Shown piece by piece: positions 19,376-27,260 of a DNA stretch of 64,000 nt (position 1 is the stretch's first letter; each line of letters starts with the position of its first letter). The notes below the pieces were generated by a model. It was not told the origin of the DNA, searched no databases, and saw nothing but the letters and a program-made list of their open reading frames with translations. The stretch covers positions 212-64,211 of the forward strand of contig CAZTCF010000002.1 of assembly GCA_964612685.1 (NCBI GenBank), read 5' to 3'. This stretch comes from Candidatus Woesearchaeota archaeon. GTDB taxonomy: Archaea; Nanobdellota; Nanobdellia; Pacearchaeales; GW2011-AR1. The position numbers were made by a program, and so were the translations under genes.

Positions 19376-20305
19376 ATGAATTTTGATGTTGTAAGTTTTG
19401 GTTCTGCTGTTGTGGATGTGTTCATTCACACAGATGTATCTGAAAAAAGAGGATTCATGAATTATCCAATAGGAGAAAAAATACTCATAAAAGATTTAAA
19501 ATTTGATGTTGGGGGAGCAGGAACAAATACTGCTGTTGCATTTTCAAGATTAGGATTAAAAACAGGATGTATATGCGAATTTGGAGATGATGAGAATGGG
19601 AGAAGAATAAAAGATTTGCTTAAAAAAGAGAAGGTTAAGTTTTTAGGAAAGACAGTGAAAGGAGAATTAACGGGATATTCTGTTGTTTTAGATAGTAAAG
19701 GGGGAGATAGAACCATTCTTACATATAAAGGAGCAAATGATGAAGTAAGTTTAAGTGATATAAGTAAGTTCAAGGCGAGATGGTTGTATTTTAGTTCTCT
19801 TTTAGGAAAGAGTTTTGAAACTCAAAAACAAATTGCAATTAAATCAAAAGAGAAAAGAGGAACTAAAATTGCCTACAACCCAAGCAGTTATCAAATAAAA
19901 AATTTAAACATCCTCCCCTTACTAAAAATAACTGATATCTTAATATTAAACAAAGAAGAGGCAGAGATGCTCTTAAAAAAATATAAACCAAATGAAAACA
20001 ATTTACTTTTAGGGCTATATAAGATTACGAAAGGGATCATTGTTATAACAGACAAAAACAAACCAATCTCCTGTTATGATGGAAATAGAAAATACTCAAT
20101 AAAACCCCACAATGAAATTAAAGTTGTTGAAAGAACAGGTGCTGGAGATGCATTTGCTTCAGGATTCGTTGGGGGACAGATAGCAGAAAAAACAATTACT
20201 CGCTCTTTAGAATTAGGAATAAAAAATTCTGAATCAGTTATACAACACTTTGGAGCTAAAAACAATTTAATCCGAATGAAATTAAAAGAAAAAGAACAGC
20301 TATAA
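19376..20305 (+). CDS. PfkB-family carbohydrate kinase (ribokinase-like; candidate phosphofructokinase/sugar kinase)
   Basis: DVGGAGTNTAVAFSRLG N-terminal motif and C-terminal TGAGDAFASGFV PfkB signature. Sits immediately upstream of FBA and TIM. Confidence 0.8.
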   Translation: MNFDVVSFGSAVVDVFIHTDVSEKRGFMNYPIGEKILIKDLKFDVGGAGTNTAVAFSRLGLKTGCICEFGDDENGRRIKDLLKKEKVKFLGKTVKGELTGYSVVLDSKGGDRTILTYKGANDEVSLSDISKFKARWLYFSSLLGKSFETQKQIAIKSKEKRGTKIAYNPSSYQIKNLNILPLLKITDILILNKEEAEMLLKKYKPNENNLLLGLYKITKGIIVITDKNKPISCYDGNRKYSIKPHNEIKVVERTGAGDAFASGFVGGQIAEKTITRSLELGIKNSESVIQHFGAKNNLIRMKLKEKEQL

Positions 20306-20353
20306 AAATAAATAAAAAAATAAACTAAAAGAAAAGATAACCTAAAAAATAAA

Positions 20354-21109
20354 ATGAAACCAATCAACCTAAAAAAACTAACAACAAAAGGAAAAGCGCT
20401 TTATCTTGCATATGACCAGGGTTTAGAACACGGACCAAGCGATTTCAATGATAAAAATGTCGATCCTAGATATATAATTGATATTGCTAAGAAAGGAAAA
20501 TACAATGGAATTGTATTCCAGAAAGGAATAGCAGAGAAATACAACAAAGAAATCAAAGCAAGTAAAATACCCCTCATAGTAAAGCTTAATGGAAAAACTA
20601 ATTTATTCAAGGGAGAACCTATATCTAGACAACTATGTACTGTTGATGAAGCGATAAAACTGGGAGCATCCGCAGTTGGATATACTATTTACATTGGAAG
20701 CGATTCTGAAGATGAATCTTTCCAGGAATTTGAAGGGATACAAAGAGAAGCTCACAAGAAAGGACTTCCAGTAATAACCTGGATATATCCAAGAGGAAAA
20801 TCCCTCAAAGGTAAAAAACCAGAAGAGTTAATGGTATATGCAACACGAACAGCCTTAGAGATTGGAGCAGATATTGTTAAAATTCAATACGCAGGAAAAT
20901 TAAAAGACCTCCAATGGGCTGTTAAGTCTGCAGGTAAAACTAAAGTTGTTGTTGCAGGTGGAACAAAGAAAGGAGAAAAAGAACTCATCAAACAAATTCA
21001 TGAAATTATGGAAGCTGGATGTATTGGACTTGCAATTGGAAGAAATGTTTGGCAACATCCTAAGCCACTTGAAATTACAAAGAAGATAAAGGATATAGTG
21101 TTTAAATAA
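20354..21109 (+). CDS. fba: Class I fructose-bisphosphate aldolase, archaeal DhnA type
   Basis: 251 aa TIM-barrel. LIVKLNGKTN, VKIQYAG and GLAIGRNVWQ regions match the archaeal FbaB/DhnA family. Confidence 0.65.
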   Translation: MKPINLKKLTTKGKALYLAYDQGLEHGPSDFNDKNVDPRYIIDIAKKGKYNGIVFQKGIAEKYNKEIKASKIPLIVKLNGKTNLFKGEPISRQLCTVDEAIKLGASAVGYTIYIGSDSEDESFQEFEGIQREAHKKGLPVITWIYPRGKSLKGKKPEELMVYATRTALEIGADIVKIQYAGKLKDLQWAVKSAGKTKVVVAGGTKKGEKELIKQIHEIMEAGCIGLAIGRNVWQHPKPLEITKKIKDIVFK

Positions 21110-21208
21110 ATAATAAAAAATTAAATTATAATAACTAACCTAGCTCATCATCATAATCAACCTACATTAAGGAGTTGTATAGATAACTAAACCTTACTCA
21201 AACAAAAA

Positions 21209-21844
21209 ATGAAAAAACCAATCATTGTAATAAATCTTAAAACATATCAACAAGGTGAAAAATCAGTTAAAATTGCAAAGGAAATTGAGAGAGTTGATAA
21301 AAATATAATTCTGGGAGTTCAAGCAAGTGATATTTATGAGATTGCAAAGAAAACAAAACTTAAAGTTTATGCACAACATGTTGATCCCTTTGAACCCGGC
21401 AGAAATACTGGATATATCCTGCCGGAAGCTGTAAAGAAAGACAAAGCAATAGGAGCTTTCCTTAATCATTCGGAACACAAGCTAACTCTAGATGTAATAA
21501 AAAAAACCATTGCACGTTGTAAAAAAATAAAACTAAAGACAATGGTTTTTGTGAAAGATATTAAACAAGCTAAAGAAATTGAAAAACTCCACCCAGACTA
21601 TCTTATATACGAACCTCCAGAACTTGTAGCAGGAAATATTTCCATTAGCTCAGCAAAGCCTGAAATAATTAAGAATCTTTCAAAGAAGTTAAAGAAAACA
21701 ACACCCTTCCTGGTTGGTGCTGGAATAAAAACCCGAGAAGACATAACCCTATCAATGAAGTTAGGAGCATCAGGCATTGCAGTCTCTTCAGCAATAACAC
21801 AGGCTAAGATACCTGGAAAGAAATTGAAGGAACTTATAGCTTAA
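21209..21844 (+). CDS. tpiA: Triosephosphate isomerase, short archaeal type
   Basis: 211 aa. PIIVINLKTY, NHSEHK and IYEPPELVAGNISISSAKPE match the archaeal TIM signature (EPPELIGTG variant). Confidence 0.8.
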   Translation: MKKPIIVINLKTYQQGEKSVKIAKEIERVDKNIILGVQASDIYEIAKKTKLKVYAQHVDPFEPGRNTGYILPEAVKKDKAIGAFLNHSEHKLTLDVIKKTIARCKKIKLKTMVFVKDIKQAKEIEKLHPDYLIYEPPELVAGNISISSAKPEIIKNLSKKLKKTTPFLVGAGIKTREDITLSMKLGASGIAVSSAITQAKIPGKKLKELIA

Positions 21845-22176
21845 TACTTAAATCTCTTTTCGTATGTTTTATGATCCATCCATTCTAGAACAATTGAGAG
21901 AACTTCAATTCCATCTCTACCTACAGAATAAATAAGTCTCCATCCTCTTGGTAAATCATATTTCCATAAATTATCTATATTATATTTTGAAACATAAATT
22001 GGAGGTATTAATCTCTTGGGTATTTGTATGCCTGAGAAAGCATTTAATTTTAAGTTATCCAAAGCTTGTTTTACATGATTATACAATTGTTGTTCTTCTA
22101 ATTTACCTTTTTTTAGTTCTTCTAGACTTTTTCTAAGACTTTCTTCTGCAAAAAATACTTTAGATTTTATTTCCAT
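21841..22176 (-). CDS. RelE/ParE-superfamily toxin-like protein with N-terminal extension
   Basis: C-terminal half LPRGWRLIYSVGRDGIEVLSIVLEWMDHKTYEKRF resembles the RelE/YoeB core (yRiiYei...H.K.Y). Overlaps the upstream partner ORF by 10 nt. Confidence 0.5.
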   Translation of the reverse strand: MEIKSKVFFAEESLRKSLEELKKGKLEEQQLYNHVKQALDNLKLNAFSGIQIPKRLIPPIYVSKYNIDNLWKYDLPRGWRLIYSVGRDGIEVLSIVLEWMDHKTYEKRFKY

Positions 22177-22436
22177 TCTAAATTCTGTTTTTTAAGATAT
22201 TTTTTTACCAGTATTGGATTCCAAATCCAACCTATTTTTCCTTCTCTGTCTACGGCTATCCTATTGGAATAAAGCAGATAATCAATAATAACTGAAAATG
22301 TTTGGTACATCATCTTTTTTGGGAGTCTTAACCAGAGTTGTTTTTTGGTAAATTCTCCGCTAGTTTGATAAATTAATCTTTCTACCATTAATACACTATC
22401 TAAACGAGGATAGTGCAATATTTTTTGAATATCCAT
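22167..22436 (-). CDS. Hypothetical 89-aa protein, upstream partner of the RelE-like gene (candidate antitoxin of unrecognised family)
   Basis: Co-oriented, overlapping the toxin-like gene, TATA-like tttataaattt upstream. No recognisable RHH/HTH motif seen. Confidence 0.35.
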   Translation of the reverse strand: MDIQKILHYPRLDSVLMVERLIYQTSGEFTKKQLWLRLPKKMMYQTFSVIIDYLLYSNRIAVDREGKIGWIWNPILVKKYLKKQNLEWK

Positions 22437-22505
22437 GGTTATATATACTTATATACCTTTATAAATTTTATTATTCTATATTTTAAGAAGAAACTTTAAA
22501 ATCAT

Positions 22506-23171
22506 TTGATTCTTGGAAAGAGTATGCCTTACAAATTATCTCCATCATCTTTATCTTTAATGAATGAATGTCCAAGATGTTTCTGGCTAGATAAGCATAA
22601 TGTCTGGAAAAGACCCTCAGGTATTTTCCCCTCTCTTCCTTCTGGAATGGATGGAATATTGAAAACTCATTTTGATAAGTTCAGAGATAAAGGAATATTA
22701 CCTCCTGAGCTGTGCGATAATGGAGAGTGCACAAATATGAAATTATTCAATGAACCTGAATTAATGAAATCCTGGAGAAATAATCTTAAAGGAATAAGAT
22801 GGGAAGATAAAAAAGGGAATATATTATTTGGAGCAGTTGATAATATACTCCAGAAAGGAGAAAAGTTAATTGTTTTAGATTATAAAACAAGAGGATACCC
22901 TGTAAAAGATGATACAGCAGAACATTACCAGAATCAGTTAGACATTTACAATTTCTTGCTTAGAAAAAACGGATATAAAACAGAAGATTATGCTTTTTTG
23001 TTGTTTTATATTCCTAAAGAAGTCGCAGATACAGGAGAAATAATTTTTGATACAACATTAAAGAAGATGAAAATATATGTGAAGAATGCAGAGGATATAT
23101 TCAACAAAGCAATTAAGCTATTAGATGAAGATTGTCCAACTAAAACTTGTGAGTGGTGTGAGGGAAGATAA
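22506..23171 (+). CDS. Cas4-like PD-(D/E)XK nuclease with Fe-S cysteine cluster (RecB-family, DUF83-like). No cas/CRISPR context
   Basis: N-terminal CPRC, C-terminal C-x4-C-x2-C (CPTKTCEWC), D...DYK motif (LIVLDYKTRG) and QNQLDIY (QxxxY) motif, in that order as in Cas4/AddB nuclease domains. Confidence 0.6.
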   Translation: MILGKSMPYKLSPSSLSLMNECPRCFWLDKHNVWKRPSGIFPSLPSGMDGILKTHFDKFRDKGILPPELCDNGECTNMKLFNEPELMKSWRNNLKGIRWEDKKGNILFGAVDNILQKGEKLIVLDYKTRGYPVKDDTAEHYQNQLDIYNFLLRKNGYKTEDYAFLLFYIPKEVADTGEIIFDTTLKKMKIYVKNAEDIFNKAIKLLDEDCPTKTCEWCEGR

Positions 23172-23847
23172 GATGATAAAGGCCATCCTCTTTGATATTG
23201 ATAACACTCTAATTGATTTCATGAAAATGAAAGAAAAGAGCTGCGAAGCAGCTGTTGAAGCAATGATTTCTAAAGGGTTAAAAATGAAGAAGCAAGAAGC
23301 TATGAAAGAGATTTATAGCATATATGATAAAAGAGGAATGGAGTATAGAGATGTTTTTGAGAAAATAATAAAGAAAGGAAATGGAAAAATAGATTACAAA
23401 ATAATGGCTTCTGGTGTTCTTGCATATAGAAAGGCCAAGGAAAATCATCTTATCACATATCCTGGAGTTACAAGTACATTAACTAAACTGAAAAAGAAGT
23501 ATAAATTAGCAATTGTAAGTGATGCTCCAAGTATGAAAGCCTGGACAAGACTAATTTCAACGGATATTGATAAATTCTTTGATGTAATTATAACAAGAGG
23601 GGATGTTAAGAAGCAAAAGAATTCTTTTGTTCCATTTAATGCTGCATTGAAAAGATTGAACATTAAACCAGAAGAAGCTATTATGGTTGGAGATAGAATT
23701 GAAAGAGATATTCACACTGCAAAGAAGCTTGGAATAAACACATGCCTCGCAAGATATGGTATAGAAAATCCTCCCGCACGAGGGGAAAGCGGAGCGGATT
23801 TTGAAATTGATGATGTTAGGGAGTTGGTGAGAGTTGTTGAAAAGTAG
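23172..23847 (+). CDS. HAD-superfamily hydrolase (phosphatase-like)
   Basis: Motif I FDIDNTLIDF right after the proposed start MIKAIL, motif II IVSDAP, motif IV VGDRIERDIHTAKKLG. The track ORF start at 23125 overlaps the upstream gene; 23172 is the likelier start. Confidence 0.75.
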
Positions 23848-23860
23848 ATAATTAATTTAG

Positions 23861-23903
23861 AACTTATCCCTCTTCCCATACCTCGTATGCAGCAACTTCT
23901 TCA
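23861..23903 (-). repeat. Copy 1 of a conserved 3-prime-end element (consensus on + strand about aattaatt...T(A/C)TCCCTCTTCCCATAC(C/T)T(C/T)GTATGCAGCA(A/G)CTT)
   Basis: Lies directly after the TGA stop of the 23901..25100 gene, in the 53-nt gap between convergent genes. Confidence 0.8.
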
Positions 23904-25100
23904 GAACCTCTCCCTCAACACAAACGCCAATATAACAAACCCCGCAACTATCGCAATACCTATTATTAAACTAGGTAAAAGCAAATTATTTTTTAGATTA
24001 GATTCCTGTTCAGAAGTAACTTCTCCAGTAATTGTAGGTTTATTTCCAGGAGGTATTTGAATTGGAGTTGATTCAGTTGTAACTTTTGTATTTGTATATT
24101 CTGTAGTTTCTGTATATTCTTCAGTTTCAGGAGGTTCTTCTTGAATTAATATTTTCTGTTTTTGAGGCTCTGGTAATGAGGTTATATAAAATAAATCTAA
24201 CCCCTCTGTAGCAGTTGTTCCAGAAGTTCTATCCCTTGCACTTCTAGAAAACTTAACCATTACATTGATTCCTGCAGATTGCCTAATATTAGTTGCTGCT
24301 TCTATCAATTCATTTCCTATTATGACTCCAATTTCTATATTTGAAGATTTTATGTATTCTATTATCTTTGAAGGAGCATTATCTTCTTCTATAAGGATAA
24401 GTACGTTTTTTCCCTGCATTATTTCTTTTTCTATAAATTCTCCACTGCTTAAAATTACTTGAGCTATTGAACCAACTTTTTCGTATTTTTTTACAATTTC
24501 TATATTATTTTCAAATTTATCTCCAGTATCTATTCTTTCTGGATTGTATTTGGATAATTGGTTTGTAATTTCCGGATCAAGATATCCATAAATAAGCAAG
24601 TTATTTACATTTCTGCTTGAGAGTATTGTATCTATTTCATTTATATTATCTTTATTTGCTAAGAATACCCAGGAGTTTGTTTCAAAAGCATAAGCAACTA
24701 CTGCCATTGCATTATATCCATAAGAATCTTCAACAACAATGAAATTTTTTATTCCATATAATTCCTCAATAAGATCCAAGTTTGCTGAAGAAACATCTAT
24801 CTCCTCGACTGAATTAAAACCATTTGAAATTGCTAATGAAGAATAATCTTGAATAATTGGATTATATCTTGAGGTGATAATTAGTAAATCATAATCTTTA
24901 TCTATATCTTGGAGTAAAGCTAATCCATTATCCGAATTAACTAAAAAATCTGAATCTAACCCCATAAAATTTGAATATAATATTGAAGAATAAACATCCC
25001 TCCAATCTGCTGAATTTGAAATAACATAATTCTCTGCACTAACAAAGTTTAAGGTAAAAAGTATAAATAAGAAAGGGATAATCATTAACTTATTTTTCAT
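23901..25100 (-). CDS. Secreted protein with N-terminal signal peptide, Thr/Glu/Pro-rich linker and C-terminal TM anchor. Ends ...LRERF
   Basis: MKNKLMIIPFLFILFTLNFVSAENYV signal. C-terminus LLLPSLIIGIAIVAGFVILAFVLRERF. Confidence 0.55.
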   Translation of the reverse strand: MKNKLMIIPFLFILFTLNFVSAENYVISNSADWRDVYSSILYSNFMGLDSDFLVNSDNGLALLQDIDKDYDLLIITSRYNPIIQDYSSLAISNGFNSVEEIDVSSANLDLIEELYGIKNFIVVEDSYGYNAMAVVAYAFETNSWVFLANKDNINEIDTILSSRNVNNLLIYGYLDPEITNQLSKYNPERIDTGDKFENNIEIVKKYEKVGSIAQVILSSGEFIEKEIMQGKNVLILIEEDNAPSKIIEYIKSSNIEIGVIIGNELIEAATNIRQSAGINVMVKFSRSARDRTSGTTATEGLDLFYITSLPEPQKQKILIQEEPPETEEYTETTEYTNTKVTTESTPIQIPPGNKPTITGEVTSEQESNLKNNLLLPSLIIGIAIVAGFVILAFVLRERF

Positions 25101-25217
25101 ATTCTTTTTAATATAAAGAATTATTTAAGGTTTATTGCAGTTAAAAAAGTCTCTTTCTAAAACCTCTCCTCTCCCCACAACAACAATCCTTAAAAATGGT
25201 TTTGGTATGATTTTTCT

Positions 25218-25415
25218 ATGAATAAAAAAACATTAAAGAGATTTGATTTAGAAAAATATGTTGCAGGAGGCACTCTTAAAGTTAGTTTAGGAAATCATAT
25301 TGATTTAGATAATATTGTTTTACCTGCTAATCAGGAAGGATATTTAATTTATATTAAGTATAATAAAGAAGAAAAGAAATACAAATTCTCAGTTTATGAA
25401 AAGAAGAAAGAATAA
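25218..25415 (+). CDS. Hypothetical small protein (65 aa)
   Basis: An ORF only, antisense-oriented between two minus-strand genes, no recognisable motif. Confidence 0.25.
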   Translation: MNKKTLKRFDLEKYVAGGTLKVSLGNHIDLDNIVLPANQEGYLIYIKYNKEEKKYKFSVYEKKKE

Positions 25416-25485
25416 TTATTATTTTTAAGTCATCTAACTCATTTTAAAATAATGGAATTGCTGTGATAGATAATTTAATTTCTTA

Positions 25486-25530
25486 GAATTTATCCCTCTT
25501 CCCATACTTTGTATGCAGCAGCTTTTCTTA
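25486..25530 (-). repeat. Copy 2 of the conserved 3-prime-end element
   Basis: gaatttatccctcttcccatactttgtatgcagcagcttttctta lies directly after the serpin TAA stop (25535) and is preceded by gataatttaattt, as in copy 1. Confidence 0.8.
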
Positions 25531-25534
25531 AAAT

Positions 25535-27133
25535 TTATCTGGGATCAACAACTTTTCCAATGAACAGAATATTTCCAGTTTCCTTTTCCTGAATTATAAA
25601 TATAAACGGATGATCTGCCCTAAACTCTATAAATCTTGGCATTGCAGCTCCAAAACCCATACTGACTATAGTTGCTGCAGCTGCTTCTGTGCCTTCTTCA
25701 TAAACATCAATGTAAGCCTTGTGCAGGACTTCATCAATGTAAAGCATTTCTGTTCCATCTATTCCTGAAAAATCTGCACCTGGCCAGACAAAAGGAAGGC
25801 TCATCCCCATACTTTTTAGATAATCTGTTAATGAATAAGTTGTTTCAAAATGATATTTTGGAAGATAAATAAAAACTATTTCAGGTTCCATTTCGCTTCT
25901 CCACTCCTTGAGTTTTTCTTCACTTAAAATTGATTCTAAGTGTGTAATGTTGCTGAGAGAGAGGTTTTCATTTAATCCAAATTCATATTTATAGTAATTG
26001 TATTCATCATCTTCAGAAGCTTCTGTTCTTGGAAGAAGTACTAGCATGGATATTTTGTCTCCCTTATAAGGCATTTCAAGTATCTGAATTCCATCAGATT
26101 CGCAGTAGTTGAATTTCAATTCATCATCCCTAAGTTGCATCGTAGGAATTTGTACTTTTTTACCTGATTCAAGAGTAAAATCTTTTTGTTTTGTATCTTT
26201 TTTATCAAACTGATGTTCCCACTTTCCTTTGAAATAAATAGCATTAGTCAGAACAGCGCGTGTTAAAGGATCAAACATGTTAGGAGAAGCTATATTCTTT
26301 ATTTTATTGTTTGTATTCTTTGAGACCCAATTATTTATTTCAGAACTTGCTTGCCCGGGATTTTTTACAAAATCAAGAGTATTAACGTTTCCTAGATAAT
26401 ACCTGCTTATTGTATCTTTGTACTCCTGTAAAAAAGGATAATCTTCCTGTAACCAGATTGCATTTGCTGTACTTAATTGGTATTTTCCTCCTCCTTTATT
26501 TATTGTGTTTAACATATTTGCATAAGAAGATCTTCTTAAAGAATCCTCTTCAGGGAAATAGAATACATTTTGGATTTCATTAGCTGTTTCTCCTCTGGCC
26601 CCTTCATATACCATTGCCATTGCGTTCGATATACTCCATGGAGAAAAAAAGATATTTCCTTCAGAATCATCTTTTATTTTAGAATATAAATCAATAGAAA
26701 ACTGATTGTTCGCTCTTACTGCCTCTTCTACTCCTTCTGCTGTTGCTCCTCTATCATCTGCAGCTTTAACAAAAATATCACTCATTCCAAGATTAAAAAA
26801 ACTATACAACAAAATTCCTATTAATATTATTAAACTTAAAACAATCAATTTCTTTTTATTCCAGTTTATCTTGTTTTCGAGGATCCCAAAAAATGCAATT
26901 AAGCTACAAGAAATAAGATAAAACCAAAGAATATCTAATATTAATCCAAGAAGCATTCCAATTATTCCAAACATGCCAAAGAAAAATATAGGAAATATCA
27001 TTATATATAATATAATAAGGGGTATTTTTGTCAACCCCGTACTTTCAGATTTGAAAAACAAAAAAACCGCAAAAGCCAAAAGAAGAATTGTCAAAGCTAT
27101 TTTTTTCCAGTTACATTTAAAGAATTCACCCAT
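25535..27133 (-). CDS. Serpin (inhibitory-type serine protease inhibitor) fused to an N-terminal polytopic membrane domain (about 3-4 TM helices)
   Basis: Serpin core motifs NAIYFKGKWEHQFDKKDT, a hinge/RCL EEGTEAAAATIVSMGFGAAMPRF and a C-terminal FRADHPFIFIIQEKETGNILFIGKVVDP. The N-terminal 120 aa is strongly hydrophobic (IALTILLLAFAVFLFF, IPLIILYIMIFPIFFFGMFGIIGMLLGLIL, LIVLSLIILIGILLYSFF). Confidence 0.8.
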   Translation of the reverse strand: MGEFFKCNWKKIALTILLLAFAVFLFFKSESTGLTKIPLIILYIMIFPIFFFGMFGIIGMLLGLILDILWFYLISCSLIAFFGILENKINWNKKKLIVLSLIILIGILLYSFFNLGMSDIFVKAADDRGATAEGVEEAVRANNQFSIDLYSKIKDDSEGNIFFSPWSISNAMAMVYEGARGETANEIQNVFYFPEEDSLRRSSYANMLNTINKGGGKYQLSTANAIWLQEDYPFLQEYKDTISRYYLGNVNTLDFVKNPGQASSEINNWVSKNTNNKIKNIASPNMFDPLTRAVLTNAIYFKGKWEHQFDKKDTKQKDFTLESGKKVQIPTMQLRDDELKFNYCESDGIQILEMPYKGDKISMLVLLPRTEASEDDEYNYYKYEFGLNENLSLSNITHLESILSEEKLKEWRSEMEPEIVFIYLPKYHFETTYSLTDYLKSMGMSLPFVWPGADFSGIDGTEMLYIDEVLHKAYIDVYEEGTEAAAATIVSMGFGAAMPRFIEFRADHPFIFIIQEKETGNILFIGKVVDPR

Positions 27134-27214
27134 AGTTATTATAATATTTTTATCTTTAAAAAATGTTTTATTACAGATATCTTGGATAAATATACTTTAC
27201 AATTAATTATTTCC

Positions 27215-27260
27215 CTAAAACCTCTCCCTCTTCCCATACTTCGTATGCAGCAACTTTTCT
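27215..27260 (-). repeat. Copy 3 of the conserved 3-prime-end element, here inside the coding 3-prime end of hydA (encodes ...LLHTKYGKRERF*)
   Basis: cctctccctcttcccatacttcgtatgcagcaacttttctgc with aattaatt upstream. About 90% identical to copies 1 and 2 over about 35 nt. Confidence 0.8.

Noticed and set aside
23125-23171. 47-nt overlap between the Cas4-like and HAD ORFs, possibly a programmed frameshift or fusion
   Set aside because: HAD motif I (DIDNT) follows directly after an ATG at 23172, which is adjacent to the upstream stop. Ordinary start-codon over-extension by the ORF caller
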